DNA of 64,000 nucleotides. Source: Phoronis australis (lineage: Eukaryota > Animalia > Phoronida). Where the stretch lies: contig NMRA01000016.1 of the NCBI GenBank assembly GCA_002633005.1, positions 1,772,336 to 1,836,335 of the forward strand. The letters run 5' to 3'. Shown here piece by piece: positions 38,883-51,645 of the stretch (position 1 is the first letter of the stretch; every line of letters begins with the position of its first letter). The notes beneath the pieces are model-generated. The model did not search any database, had not been told where the DNA came from, and saw only the letters and a program-made list of their open reading frames with translations. A program made the translations under genes and the position numbers.

Positions 38883-39005
38883 ACACATGACTTATTCCTT
38901 GGGCGAGTGAGCTGAGAAAGGAGTGGCACGTCAAACCACTGGATCCATACACATGACTGGTGCCGTGGGCGAGTGAGCTGGGAAAAGTCTTCCACGTCAC
39001 ACCAC
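38883..39005. repeat. Diverged tandem duplication, period about 66 bp
   Basis: ACACATGACT...TGGGCGAGTGAGCTG...CACGTCA.ACCAC twice. Confidence 0.8.
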
Positions 39006-39359
39006 ATAGTCCATTTTGTGACACTGAACGAGAATATTTCCGTTTTTCGATGTGTTTTACGCCTTGGTGCAAGTGATAGCTGTGACAGCCAGTTTTAGCA
39101 TCTCTTAAGCAAATATTGTCTGCCTTACTAAATATTCAGGCATAAAAAGGTTTGTTTGTTTTGGGAAAACGTGCTGCCGTTTGTTAGTGGAGTCTGAAAT
39201 AAATGTGAGTTACAAATGTTTGCAATGTAAACATTCCCAAAATAGATCCTGTGACAAAGTTATGTTCAGTTCTAGATCTGTAACAAAATATTCTGAATTA
39301 TGGAGTTGAAACCAGTTGGCCACGCATGGATGATGGTAGATTATAATCTGCTTTTTCAG

Positions 39360-39428
39360 CTGCGAACAAATGGTTGGCACGGAAGATCCACGGTACCCCA
39401 GAGATCAGCAACCAGATGCACAAGAGAG
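39360..39428 (+). CDS. Zinc-finger gene copy A, exon homologous to copy B exon 3
   Basis: ctttttcag| acceptor, AG|GTGAGT donor; 69 nt, phase 2 to 2: CEQMVGTEDPRYPRDQQPDAQE. Confidence 0.78.
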
Positions 39429-40781
39429 GTGAGTTTATTAAGAACACGTGTTGCATAGTGTAAAGAGTGTTGCTTGCTGTGAAATTGTTCTTAATTTCAA
39501 AGATTTGAACCCACTTAGGCCAATAATTATGTCTATTGTAATATTTCTGGTAGAGGGTGTGGTCGGATTGAAATACTGTTCAGACTTTCTTTAAAAGATA
39601 GCGTAGTGCAGACTGAGGTATTCAACATACATGCCCTGAGACACTTGCTATACTTTGGCATGGTAATTTGGTCTATTTTCAAAGCTGTACTCGAGTTTCA
39701 AAAGATAAAAAATACAATCAAGAACTCACCTGATGGGTTTAGCTTTTACTGGAGAAAACCATAGGCAGTGGTAAATGCAACCATGTGGTCAAGAAACATG
39801 GATCTTGTTGGCTAGATAAAAGTAATGGCAAATACTCACTGGCTTCAAAGATAAAGCAATAACAGATTAAAAAAAACCAGAAACTTCAAAGTTAGATTCA
39901 CATTGAGGAGACGTGGCGTCTGTAACGTGTTGACTAATTTAACACTTAACAAATGGCTAAGTCCATGGTTTTTGCAAGAAAAATCAACCTGAAAACCTGA
40001 CAGGTTCTTTGAACAGATGCAATATCCCCAGCTGTAGAAAACACAGTCAATGGCAACAGATGTTGCCAGGATGCACAATAATTTCTTAACAAGTGTGTTG
40101 ACTGGTTAATGTTCCACCACTGCAGAGGATCATCGTCGAGAGAAATTGATTTATTGTTGAAGTGCTCTCTGAAGAATACTTTATGTGTTGGTCACAGAGT
40201 GTGCAGACTGTTACTTTTTGTTTTGATTGTTCTGAAATTTACAATACTCCCATACTGCACTCTAGTGAGAAACCATTTTTGTTTTACTTCCCAATCTTAC
40301 CATTTTCTTGAAATTTTACAAGTTCCTCTATTCTTTGCTAAATCTCTACAAAATTTTGATATGAATTTAAATATTCACAGTTTCTTTTTCACCTCTTTGT
40401 GGTGTTTCATTAACTTCATATTTTGTCGCAGAAAATTTATTGTGACAATACTAACATGCTTGTCTCCAGAAGTAAGTTGTGGTCAGAAGTCATGTGAAAT
40501 GTGTAATGTAATCAGTGTTAACGGTTAGGTTTTACTCACTAAATACAATGCATCTGGGGGTTATTTAATAATTAAATCAAAAGTTGTGACTGACGATCTA
40601 TTTTTCAGTAAATGAAACTGTTTAGTACATATACTTACAACTAGGTGGCATTCACAGGTGCTGAACGAAAACAACGATCTGTGGACTGGAACCGAACCGA
40701 CAGCTCTGGACCGCAGTTCTCGGTTATTTCAGGTACATGTTGCAACCCTAACAAACAGTGTATTGACCCTGAAATTTTTTC

Positions 40782-40864
40782 AGTCATAGATAAAATACTC
40801 TATGCCACGATTTGTACTCTTGTTTAGTCATAGATAAAATACTCTATGCCACGATTTCTACTCT
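40782..40864. repeat. Tandem duplication, period 44 bp, just before the copy A splice acceptor
   Basis: AGTCATAGATAAAATACTCTATGCCACGATTT twice. Confidence 0.9.
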
Positions 40865-40888
40865 AAGACTTGTTTAATTGTGCTTTAG

Positions 40889-42269
40889 GCTTGAGAAAGA
40901 ACGTACCAAGAATCGTGCCATTATTGGGGCGAACAGTGCTGATAATGTAAGAGACCGTGAGAGACTCAGTTATCCAAAGACTCGACTGTCGCACAAAAAC
41001 TCTGGTGACTCCGGCATGGAGAATGATGGTGATAAAGTAATCGCCATCTGTCAGGCAAAACTAAATGACCCGAGCAAGGGTAGGGGAATCAGTGGTGTGG
41101 AGAATGTCAGAAGATGTGGCAATGAATTATCAGATGATGCGGTATCAATAAAAATTGAGGTTGCTGATGATGAGTACGAACGTTGTGCAATATTTCATAA
41201 CCCTGTGCAATCAAATCACATGTACACTGCTTCTGAGATAAAGGAGAGAAAAGTGACATCTAGTGACGAGTTAAACATTGATAGCAAGACAGGCTGTGGT
41301 TCAGATTTCAGTGAAAGCGAGGAAGATGAGGTGATGGTTAAGTACCGTGACAAAGGGGATCTTGATTTCGTGTTAACTGAACCTGGAAAAAAACGAGGCC
41401 CTTATTCCATGAAACACCACAAAGCAAAGGTTGATCACTCTTGTGATAAGAATAATGCAGACACCAGTCATAAAACACGGACACTAAAAAAAGGCTTGAA
41501 CGTGAAATTTGTTAAAGAAAGGAAAAAGAGGCAGCAGGCGAAATTGGGTAAAGGTTTTTTCAGATTGGATGATCAAAAGGGAAGTGTTCTCAGTAAGCAA
41601 TTTCAACCATATTTGGAAGTTGTCCATGAAGAAGACGTGTCTCCTGTGAAGGACCAGGAGCAAGTCACTTTGAAAAATAGGGCTTTGTATTCGGCTCTAC
41701 AGTCCTGTGAAGTTAACAACAAAGTTGATAATCATGACGCCACTGAATCACTTAGAATGAAGGGTGGAAAGCAGAGTCCAACTTGTGCACGAGATACATA
41801 TCGGTGTAAAGTCTGTGGCGTGACTTCCAAGTCCCTCTCCTCTATTCGCTATCACATTCGAAGAGTAGAGTTGTACGATCCTTCCATGTGTTCAGAATGT
41901 GGTGAAATGTTGCCCAACAAGTCTCAGCTCGCCTATCACAAGCGGTTAACGCACAACAACACGTTTGTCCTGAAGAAATACCGGTGCTCTTATGAAGATT
42001 GCAGCGTTACGAACAAATCTCCCAGTGAGATTCAGAAACACATGGCTACTGTGCACGAGAACAGGCGCGACTACCCTTGTATGTGGGAGGGATGTGGAAA
42101 GTGTTTCAAGGATGGCTATGCATTGAAGGTTCACATGAGGATCCACAATAATGACAAGCCTATAGTTTGCTATTTATGCGGTTTTCAATGTCGCCAGAAA
42201 GCTTCACTCAACTGGCATATGAAGACAAAACACCCAGCAGACACACAAGCGTCTGCTAATCACAAGTGA
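40889..42269 (+). CDS. Zinc-finger gene copy A, last exon (acidic region plus 5 C2H2 fingers, ZFP91/ZNF692 family)
   Basis: gctttag|G phase 2 acceptor; open for 460 codons; ends HMRIHNNDKPIVCYLCGFQCRQKASLNWHMKTKH; collinear with copy B. Confidence 0.92.
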
Positions 42270-42649
42270 ATCTCCTGTCAGTAACGGTAACTGAGTTTGC
42301 TGATGATGTTTTGGTCATACTAGTTAGGTTAAACTGTAGCGCTTTCAATGTCCCAACCAGCCGGGTCTAAATCTCCAAGCTTAAAAACCAATTTTTTGAA
42401 AATTGGGTAGTGAATTTCTGTATACTTTAAAATTTTGTAGCTTTTGTTAGCTGCAAACACTTAAAGGAATGACTCTATATGTGCTACATGTATGTGATGA
42501 TAAATCATTTCATAGCATAAATTTATGGAAGTCCACCATCAAATTTACTTGTAACTGCCAAATTTGCGATTTTTAAATAACCAGTTTGATGGCTGATGGT
42601 GCCGGAAACATTCTAATGTGCACTGCAGAACGTCGGACCGTAACGTTAA

Positions 42650-42813
42650 AGGTGCATTTCACCCTGTTTTGCTGCCTGAACCAAGAATCTAACTTGTAGT
42701 CAATTTGTCCATGTCTCAACAATTCAACTTGGCTGTGGTAAATTTTTCAAACCTCACACTTAGTTTTAGAGTTAATCAAGGACAGCTAAACCTTGAGCGG
42801 AAAAAATGCACCT
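42650..42813. mobile_element. Non-autonomous DNA transposon with TTAA TSD (Kolobok-like termini)
   Basis: TTAA|AGGTGCATTT ... AAATGCACCT|TTAA. Confidence 0.7.
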
Positions 42814-45297
42814 TTAACTGCAATTCGTCCATACCAGTGGAGATTTTATCATCAGTAAACGGGAAAGTTGGGCTGGCAAAGTAGGGTGTTTTTTAACTGG
42901 ACATTAACTACTGATTCCATTGAACTGTGTAGCACACAGTAGAGGATTAGTGCTGTGCAAGATCTTTACCGTTTCATAGCTGGGAAAATTTGGTATGAAA
43001 CAATACAAAATGGATATTGAAAAAACTTACCTAATGCAATGGACGACTGGATATTCACAAAGTTATGCTAACTGAAATGCAGTATTGTTTCTGACTATAT
43101 TGCCTTCCTTATTTGGTCTATTTGTATGGTTTCCTTAAAGCTCCAGTTCACCGTTTAGCTAGGTGCTGAGAAACGAATATCGAATTTGGTCTTTTACTGT
43201 CAACTAGACTTATAATACTCATCAGGTGATAGGGCTCATATTCTGTTACCAAGAAGACCATCAAAGCCATCAGCGATTCAAAGAAACGCTTCAATTTTTT
43301 GAGGTTAGCCAATGATCCTAAAATTGCGAATTCGAAAATGGCGCGTGTAAGCATACTGTGGCTGGAGTTAGTGACGGAAATGGAGTCGTAAGGAAGATCA
43401 TAAGACCGATTTTATGATAGTAATAGACGTAATTCGATTTCAGTATTTTAACCAGGTAAACTGGGCTAAATATAGCTTTAAGCATTGACAAAAAATGTAG
43501 AGAAATATGAATCAATGTTTGTTCCATATCCGTACATTGCCCGAGTTACATACCGTTCACATGCTGGTTAAAACCTGACTAGCGTTTTCGCTCGTAGCAA
43601 AATCGCCAGTTTGTGAATGGTCGTAAGGATCACTTTTGCTGACGCTTTGCTAGAGGTTTGAGTTACCCCCAAAACTACTGGCGTTTTTGCTAGAACTTTT
43701 GTAGCCAGACCGCTACTCAAGAGCACACACGTGCGCAGCGGTGAGAAGTTTTTGTTCTATCGTCACGTCATTTAATTCAATTGATAGCAGACAGTGTGCT
43801 GTTTTGACTCGAATTTTCGCTTAGTGTCTCGGATGGTAAGAAAGCAAACTGCTGGCGAAAATTACTCTTCGCGGACAGCTCGTCTGTCTGGCTAAATCGC
43901 TAACGTTTTCGACACTCATGTGATCCTAATATTAGTGTCCCATAGCACTATTAGTACAAAGATAAAATGTGCAGTCTGTAGGTTGTATTCGCTTCAACCC
44001 AGAACCCAATAAAGTGCACTAGCTTCAGTGTTGCTTATTTATTACTAGCTGGTAACAGCGCAGTGTCCTTAGGTGCTGTAGTTACCGGGCAGCATTAATT
44101 ACGTAGTGTCGGGTATACACTGTAAGTGTCTCTATTGATGAGGTAACCACTTAATGCTTTCGCTTTTAAGTTACTCGACGTCATTGTTACAGCAAATCGC
44201 GAGTCTGGAGAGATTGAAATCGCTTAGTTTCTATTAGGAACTATTGGTACGCTTGTCCGTGCACGTGACAACATGACCAACGCCGGCGATGCGTGATGCT
44301 GATCAAAGCCGGCGTGTAAGGGCTAGTTTTTCAATAGCTGTACATGCATGTGAGATAAAGACCCAGAACACATTGTAGGGGGCTAACCTCTCTAAGAACG
44401 AAATTAAGACCGGGCTGCCGTGAAAAAGATTTTCGCCAATCTATTTGCCTGAGAAAATTCTGGGATTATGTCGGTCAAACATAGGATCTAATTGGCATTA
44501 TTGGAATTAAATCATCATGCATGAGGAATGTGACTAGTGCTGTCCTATTCGAGGCTGGATAAACCGTCAAGCGCCGGGATAGCTATTTCGTCGTTTTCAT
44601 CTTGCGGTTCCCGCGAGTTGGTACTATAATACATCTTTTGCAACCAAAGTTTTGAAAAATACAGATCAGGTCTCTGTTTCGAAAACTGAGTCGGTGGTGC
44701 AGTATTTCTAGTTACTCATTATTCTCACAAACGATAAATCCACCCGAGACTGGGATCGGGATTTAGTTGTACTCATCGCTTAATTGGCAAATCTTAGTGG
44801 CGTTTCAAAGCTTGTTTACTTGCCTCTACGCAGCCGCGAGAGCGAAAAATGAGAGAGACCTTGGCTAATATTTTTGCTGCGGGTGCCGCTTTTTATGCTG
44901 CCCACATAAACTGTGGGTGTACAGTGTATATTGCCGTCATTTCATTCGTACTTCCGCTACCGTTGCAGAATCTGCCAATGCCTGTGTTGCTATGAAGTTG
45001 GCGACATAAGATGCATGGCGGTTTTCTGACGGATCCGACGGACTACTGGTGTGCCCTCGATAGCAATATTATAATATTTTTTACGTTTTCCCCCGTCATA
45101 TTTCTGAGTCCGTATTTTAGTGCACCGTCTGTCAATATGCCATACCGCTCAAAGGATCATGAAAATAGGCATATGTGCTCATGAAGATCGCGGCAGAGGT
45201 TGATTTTCGGACTGTGGCCAACTACTGCGGCGCCCCTGTGGCAACTGTTTTTCCGCGTATATGCGCAGCTGTAGGCCTACTCCTTAACCCTTTGAAG

Positions 45298-45566
45298 CAG
45301 TGGCGGATTTAGGGGGGGGGGGGGNTCGGGTGCGAATTGCTGACTAGCACACATGGTGCGCATCCAGGGGACTCGGAGGGGGGGGGTGAATAATCGATGC
45401 GGCCTGAACAAATCCCGTTTACCTTTTTTTTAGTCAACAGGTCCTCAAACCCAAATATTAGAGACCCCTGCATACCCACATTCTAGGCTGGGCGCGCGTA
45501 TCTGCCCAAATTCTGGTTATTCCTGTGCCCTGGGCCCCCTAACTCAAAATCCTGGATCCGCTCCTA
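45298..45566. mobile_element. GGCGGAT-type MITE with 5-bp TSD TGAAG
   Basis: CAGTGGCGGAT ... ATCCGCTCCTA termini; TGAAG at 45293-45297 and 45567-45571. Confidence 0.75.
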
Positions 45567-45984
45567 TGAAGTATCTTCATTGCGGTGCCACATTAAGGTT
45601 TCTTGGGGCCACAAGGCTGAGTATCAAAACGCCTGGCGCCCTAATGATTACAATTCCCACCTTTCGCCCCAAATTTCTTTTCTGCGGTCGTACATTCGGA
45701 GTTGCTTTACGTGAGATTGAGCTGATCGGTTCCTATTACAAGGACGATGACATGACCTTTCCATTTTCGGATGGTTTTGACGTATTCTGCGCTTTGCGTT
45801 CCAGTTTTGATTAATTTTTTAGGTAGTGAGCCGTATAGTCTAGTTAGGAATATGGATGAACCTTTCCAAGGGACACCTGGGGGACTACGTGTCAATACCT
45901 TGTTGAAGTTTGAGTTAAAAGAGTTTGACAGCTAGTTGAGCATGACAATTTTAAAAGAACAGATAGTACTGAAGCTAAACAAAA

Positions 45985-47062
45985 GTAACAGGGGGCGTTG
46001 ATACCCACCAAGCACAGCCCAGACACTATAGGTGATCATTATTTTGAATATTCTCAATGAATAAGGCAATGCTAGTTAATTCAATAATATCTTCTAGACA
46101 TGTAAAGCAAGACAGTCAGGAATGCTCTCCTTAATAGGAACACATGTGCCACATTTCATCATAATTCTTCAAGAAGTTGGAAGAATAAATAGACAGAAAA
46201 CAAAGGACAAGAAAACAACAGAAACACCACTAGGGTGCACAACCTTGGACAAATGGGTCCAAATTAAACCAGGCACATTCCTATTGCCAACATGATAGTA
46301 ACTTAAATGCCAAATGTTATGAGCATCCATCCTGGAACTTTGTAGAAATCAAAGGAAAACTAACATACACAAAATTGCCATTAAACCATTCCACAGTAAT
46401 CAGATTTGTCCCAAAACCCACTAAGTTGAGCTCTCCTCAAGAGAAACACATGGCAAATTTCATGAGGAGCCCACAAAATACTTGTCTTGAGATACATGGC
46501 AAAAAATTTAAATGCCACAAGAGGGCGCCACAGCAGTCAAACCCATTCAAAAACCACAAAATTTAAATGCCACAAGAGGGTGCCACAGCAGTCCGACCCA
46601 AATTTAAATGTCACAGGAGGGTACCACAGCAGTCCGACCCATTCAAAAACCACAATCAGTCGCGCACATCAGTCCCAGAATGAACAGATGACGATTTTCA
46701 TAATAAGAGGCAGAATTCAATAAATAGCCTACACTTGAAAACAGTAAAAGCAACCACTACCTGGCGAAGAATATGTCAAAACCATTTGAAAACAAGAAGG
46801 TGGTGTCCTCTCACTAATAGATACCTATTTAACAAATTTCATGAGAATCTGTCAATGAACTCTGACAATACAGAGGCAAACATAAAAAACTAAAATTGGT
46901 AGTTAGATCCGTCCAAAAATTCGCTCATCCCATTCACGATAGAAAAAGTTTTCAAACCTCCATCCAGGGGTTTTAGAGATACAGCAGTGGATGCCAGACA
47001 ACAGACAGATGGATGGGGATGAAAGTATAATGCACTCACATATTTAAATGTGGGTGCATAAA
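45985..47062 (+). mobile_element. Probable Helentron-associated (HINE-like) element with internal tandem repeats at 46505-46655
   Basis: Three copies of AAATTTAAATGYCACARGAGGG..CCACAGCAGTC; ACAGACAGATGGATGG microsatellite; GGGTGCATAAAA end. Family assignment is by pattern only. Confidence 0.5.
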
Positions 47063-47237
47063 AGGTTTGCAAACTTGCAAATTGAGACCCTTCTGTTCAA
47101 TTGCGTTTAAGTTGTAATCTTGAAGACACCGAGGTTTAACCAAACGACTGGCATTTATATAAGTAAACATTCTCTGAGAAAACATCAGTATAAAATTTCA
47201 TTTAAGCACTCTCAGCTAACGTTTCACAACAACCGAT

Positions 47238-48645
47238 TCAGTTTTTATCAACTGACAAATCAGTGTCTGTTGAGTGTTTTGATTTCATATGCCAGTTTAG
47301 GGAAGCTTTCTGACGACATCGAAAATCACATAAACTACAAATTATTGGCTTGTCATCAGTGTGGATCCTCGTGTGAATGCGAAGAGCATACGGTTGCTTG
47401 AACCATTTGCCGCAACCCTCCCACGTACAAGGGTATTCTCGCTTGTTTTCATGCACCATAGCTACATGTTTCTCGATTATGCCGGGCGATTTGTTCGTAA
47501 ATGTACAGCCTTCATGAGAACACCTATATCTCTTCGACACAGCACACAAAAAGTTCTCGTGAACTTGTCTTTTGTGAGAGTTGAGTTGACACTTATTGGG
47601 CAACATTTCACCACATTCAGAACACACGCATGGATCGTACAGCTCCACCTCTTCAACATGATTGCAAACAGAGAGAAGACATTTAGATGTGAAGTCACAG
47701 GCCTTACATCGATACATATCTCCTGCAGAAGATGGACTCTGCCTTTCATTGTCCACCCCACGAGACACATCTGGTTCAGAGTTACTGTTTGTGTTATTCC
47801 CACTGTTGGTATCATCTGCATGGACAACCTCCACAAATGGTTGGAACATCTCACTCAGCACACTGCCCAGCTGATCGTCCAACTGGAAATGGCCCTTTCT
47901 GATGCGTCTCTTCTCAACATATTTTACTCTCAACCCTTTCTTTGCTAAACTGGACTTCAGACAGACGTCTGCATCACTCCTAGATTTAGGCTTTTCATTG
48001 ATTGCTTTTTCCCAAACTCCTCTTATTTCACCAGTCTCGCTGAATGCAAAATCAGGATCCTTTTTGACGTCTTCCTTATATCCCAAACCTTCCTTTACAG
48101 TTTCCAACTTCTCACTTCGGCCTGTATAATTATCAGATGCACCCTTTCCAGTCTCTGCTTTCCGATCCCTTACAGGTCGTGTTTTTGTAAACGCAAAACC
48201 AAGATCCTTCTTGTCATCATCCTCATCTCCCTCACACTCACTGAAATCTGAATTACTGTCCATTGCACAATCCTCATTCTGAACATTATCACATCCTACA
48301 GTATGCCTCGTCCCCCTCTTACATACATCAGATGCGGCCTTCACGTCACTTGGTTGTAACGGATTATGAAATACGGCACAAGGATTGTAGCCATCATCTT
48401 CAATTTCCATTTTTATGGACACAGCACCATTCGGTAAGTCATTGCTATAGTTTTTGACATTGCGTGTTAAAACAACATCCCCATGACCTTCGTCAGAGTT
48501 CTCATCACTTCGGCTCACATCGTCTTTACTCTCTTCCTTGCCAGAGTCGCCGGAGTCATCGTCCCATATCTGAGTTGGCGGATAACTGGCCTTACCGCAG
48601 TCTGGCGTTTTAATACATCGGACATTAGGGGAATCTTTATCGGGC
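47238..48645 (-). CDS. Zinc-finger gene copy B, last exon (acidic region plus 5 C2H2 fingers); whole protein about 594 aa
   Basis: tgttttcag|G phase 2 acceptor; long ORF ending HTRIHTDDKPIICSLCDFRCRQKASLNWHMKSKH; CRQKASLNWH is the ZFP91/ZNF692 family hallmark. Confidence 0.92.
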
Positions 48646-49626
48646 CTGAAAACAATTCAGGAAAACCATGAAAAACACTCTCAACAGAACGGCACAACAG
48701 ACATTTAGGTTTGAAAAACTGGAAGATTAACTCAGCAATGTTCTCCACACACAAAAATTCAAACAACTCGCGTTTACAACCGCGTCGAAAATTTAGACCA
48801 TTTGGAGTGCGACTGCGTGAATATCATAACGAACAAACGAAAAAATCAATTGCGTGGCATGCTATATAAGCAGGTCATGGCGACCAGTCAAAATAGGTCG
48901 TGCAGAACACATAAGGTGTACACAAGAGTTGTAATATGTACCAAAAATTGCAAGGGGACTTATTATGTGGGCCCTGCTTCAACAGAAACTAATTTCAAGC
49001 TGAGTGATAACAAGGAGAACCCCATTGTTTCACAACTGATAAGGTAGGTGATGGTGTTACAAGAGTCAGTCCCTAAAAATATAAAAACAGGGTGTAAATT
49101 TTCAAAGTCAATCAAATTTAGCGAAGAAATCGACTCTCAAAAAGCAGACAGACAGAAAGTACAATATTGCCACCGCAATAAAATTTGTTAATTGTTATCT
49201 CTTCGAATTCCTCTTTCACAAAGTTAGAGTGAACTGACTCGGGTAATATTTGAAACTCATTTGTTGGTGAGTTTCTGAGTTGTTCACACGCATTGTAAAG
49301 GGTCATTCAACATAATACGGTTAGATTGTCCATAATTCGGCGGGTTGCACTTGACACTAATTGTAGAATAGTGTACACTATTTTTGTCAACCTCAGTCAT
49401 TGCAAATACCTACTGTAAAAATTAAACATCTTCACTTCTAATTACAGTTTCCAAATTATCTGTGACTACAATGTATCTAACACAAAGGCGAGTTATCTCA
49501 AACGTTACTAAGTGACCTTCATTCCAACTAATATGTCAAACAGGCTATGTCAACTAATAAAAGAATAAATTTTCTGAAAGAAAAAGTTAGATTGAAAGTA
49601 TACAAATGTTTTACACTGATGTGCCA

Positions 49627-49630
49627 TTAA

Positions 49631-49669
<39 letters not shown>

Positions 49670-49700
49670 CACTACTATTACTATTATTATTATCATCATT
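49627..49700. repeat. (TTA)n microsatellite
   Basis: Direct observation. Confidence 0.95.
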
Positions 49701-51576
49701 ACGTTTCCACCTTTTTAAGTCAAAATTTCATTTTTAAGAACAACACATCATAGCAAAATAACCCCCGAGATCGATTTCAATGAATATCTTTTCAAAGATT
49801 AAGAACTTCACAATTTACCTTAAAAATGCTGTTAGGAATTTTTGATTACTCATTTACTTTAGTTTCTATGCCAAATTAACTCAAACATAACATATTTTTT
49901 GTAAAAAATAGCAGTCATATTACTCAATCTTACCATATGCATAAACAGGGATTTAAAAGGAAATCACAACAGCGATTTTGAGATTGATGAATAAATATTA
50001 GTTAAGTTTGAGTGAAATTCAGCAGAGCCGGTTTCGAGAATTTGTGTTCCAAAGTTCAATTTTAGTCAATTTGCTAAAGCTGAGAAAAAGCGAAAAATGT
50101 CGCAACTCTTCAAAAACTGATGGTTATCGTTTCATTTTTCAGTGAAAACTTACTCTTGGTCAATATAACCTATACTTGCCTTAACCATGTTCGCTATTTC
50201 AACATTCAGTTGCAATGTCATCTGAATTTGCATTGCGCAATAAACTTCATTCTCACTAAAACATTTCAATTTTGTGAATGAGCCTTGAGTGAAAGGTGGG
50301 GTCAGTAGTTAAGTAGGCCAGCAGTTACTGTGATACAAATTACGAACTGGGTGACTGATATCAAAAAACCCAAGTTTGAAATAGACAATTATAGAAATCA
50401 AGTCGATAGTTAAAGCACACTGTGAGCAGGAGAGTGAAACAGCATAATGTCAATTCAATGATCAAATAAATGAATTCTGGTTTATTTATCTTTTCTCATA
50501 CATTGCTGAGTTCGTGAACACAAAGTCACAGAGTTGGTGAAGCGACTCAGTGCATTCGTTCTCACCTGTCGTGTGCATGCGTCAGGATCAATATTGTTTT
50601 GTTTTCGTTTTCTGCAGCATCTTGCTATGCTATGTACACCTTGTTGAATCAAGATTATGGCAACTCAGTGAATGAAAGGATTGTGGGTACATATGGAACT
50701 GCTCTATGCTTTGCAGGAGATTCGATTTGAGTGACAGCCCTGTAACATTTGACCAGATTAGTAAACTAATTTCCACGTGGTTAAAGGTGGTTCTGCTAAA
50801 TCATTTTTTCCTTTACATGGTATTTAATTCGTATTTAAAGTTCGGGGAGAATGAAGATACAGTATTTTGCTAGACACGTGAAATATTGTAAAAATTATCC
50901 ATTTTTGTGAATAAGGATGGAGAAATCCTTAACACATTAACAAGTATCACAACTCCAGCCTGTTAGTTGACGGATCCTGTGTCATGCACTGTGATATAAA
51001 GTAAGCATTCTGTTACCATATTCTGTTTGACTATAGTACTAGAGGTTAAAAATTGTCCAATAGCAAAACGTTGTTTTCGTTTTCAAGTTCCTACCAAAAA
51101 CTAATACATAATAGCAGACTCTGCTGTTATATAACTCTGAGAGCTATATGTATCCTATTGGTATACCTTTTGGGTTGAAACACGCTCGTGCGTACAAATA
51201 ATACATTTCCACTTCTTTACTCCAGGCGCCACAAAATAATTGGCAGACTTCTATTCAGCCTGGATATCTGTTTGTCATTTCTCCTTGAAGTCGAGTGAAC
51301 TAATGTTTTTGACTTAACTGTCTCAGAGGATGCAAAGTACAACTTGATGAAAAGATTGCTTTTTAGTTTCAAAAACCGCCTGGTTCATTGGATGGCTCAT
51401 ATGCTGAAATATGGCTGACCGGTTTCATGGACCCCCAGTCCTTCATGCAAAATGACGTTATAAGAACTTTGACAGCCACTTACAGAACAGTGACGCTGAT
51501 GAACTAGAGCTCTGACGAACTCAAAATAAATTCACAGCATTCCTAAACAGACATACATTTTACTCTCCACACTTAC

Positions 51577-51645
51577 AGGTTTTTACCAGTGGCCTCCTGG
51601 CTTCTAAGATCCCGTGGAATTTCTGCACCAGCCATTTTTTCATAG
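51577..51645 (-). CDS. Zinc-finger gene copy B, exon 3
   Basis: cttttcag| acceptor, CT|GTAAGT donor; 69 nt, phase 2 to 2: YEKMAGAEIPRDLRSQEATGKN; same length as, and homologous to, 39360-39428. Confidence 0.8.

Noticed and set aside
40659-40732. Exon-like segment in the last intron of zinc-finger copy A
   Set aside because: Stop codon in the required phase 2 frame from the best acceptor; no in-phase counterpart in copy B.
46505-46655. CRISPR-like array
   Set aside because: Eukaryotic context, only three decaying units, no unique spacers, no cas genes.
47361-48129. Plus-strand ORFs of up to 195 aa
   Set aside because: Antisense shadows of the zinc-finger exon.
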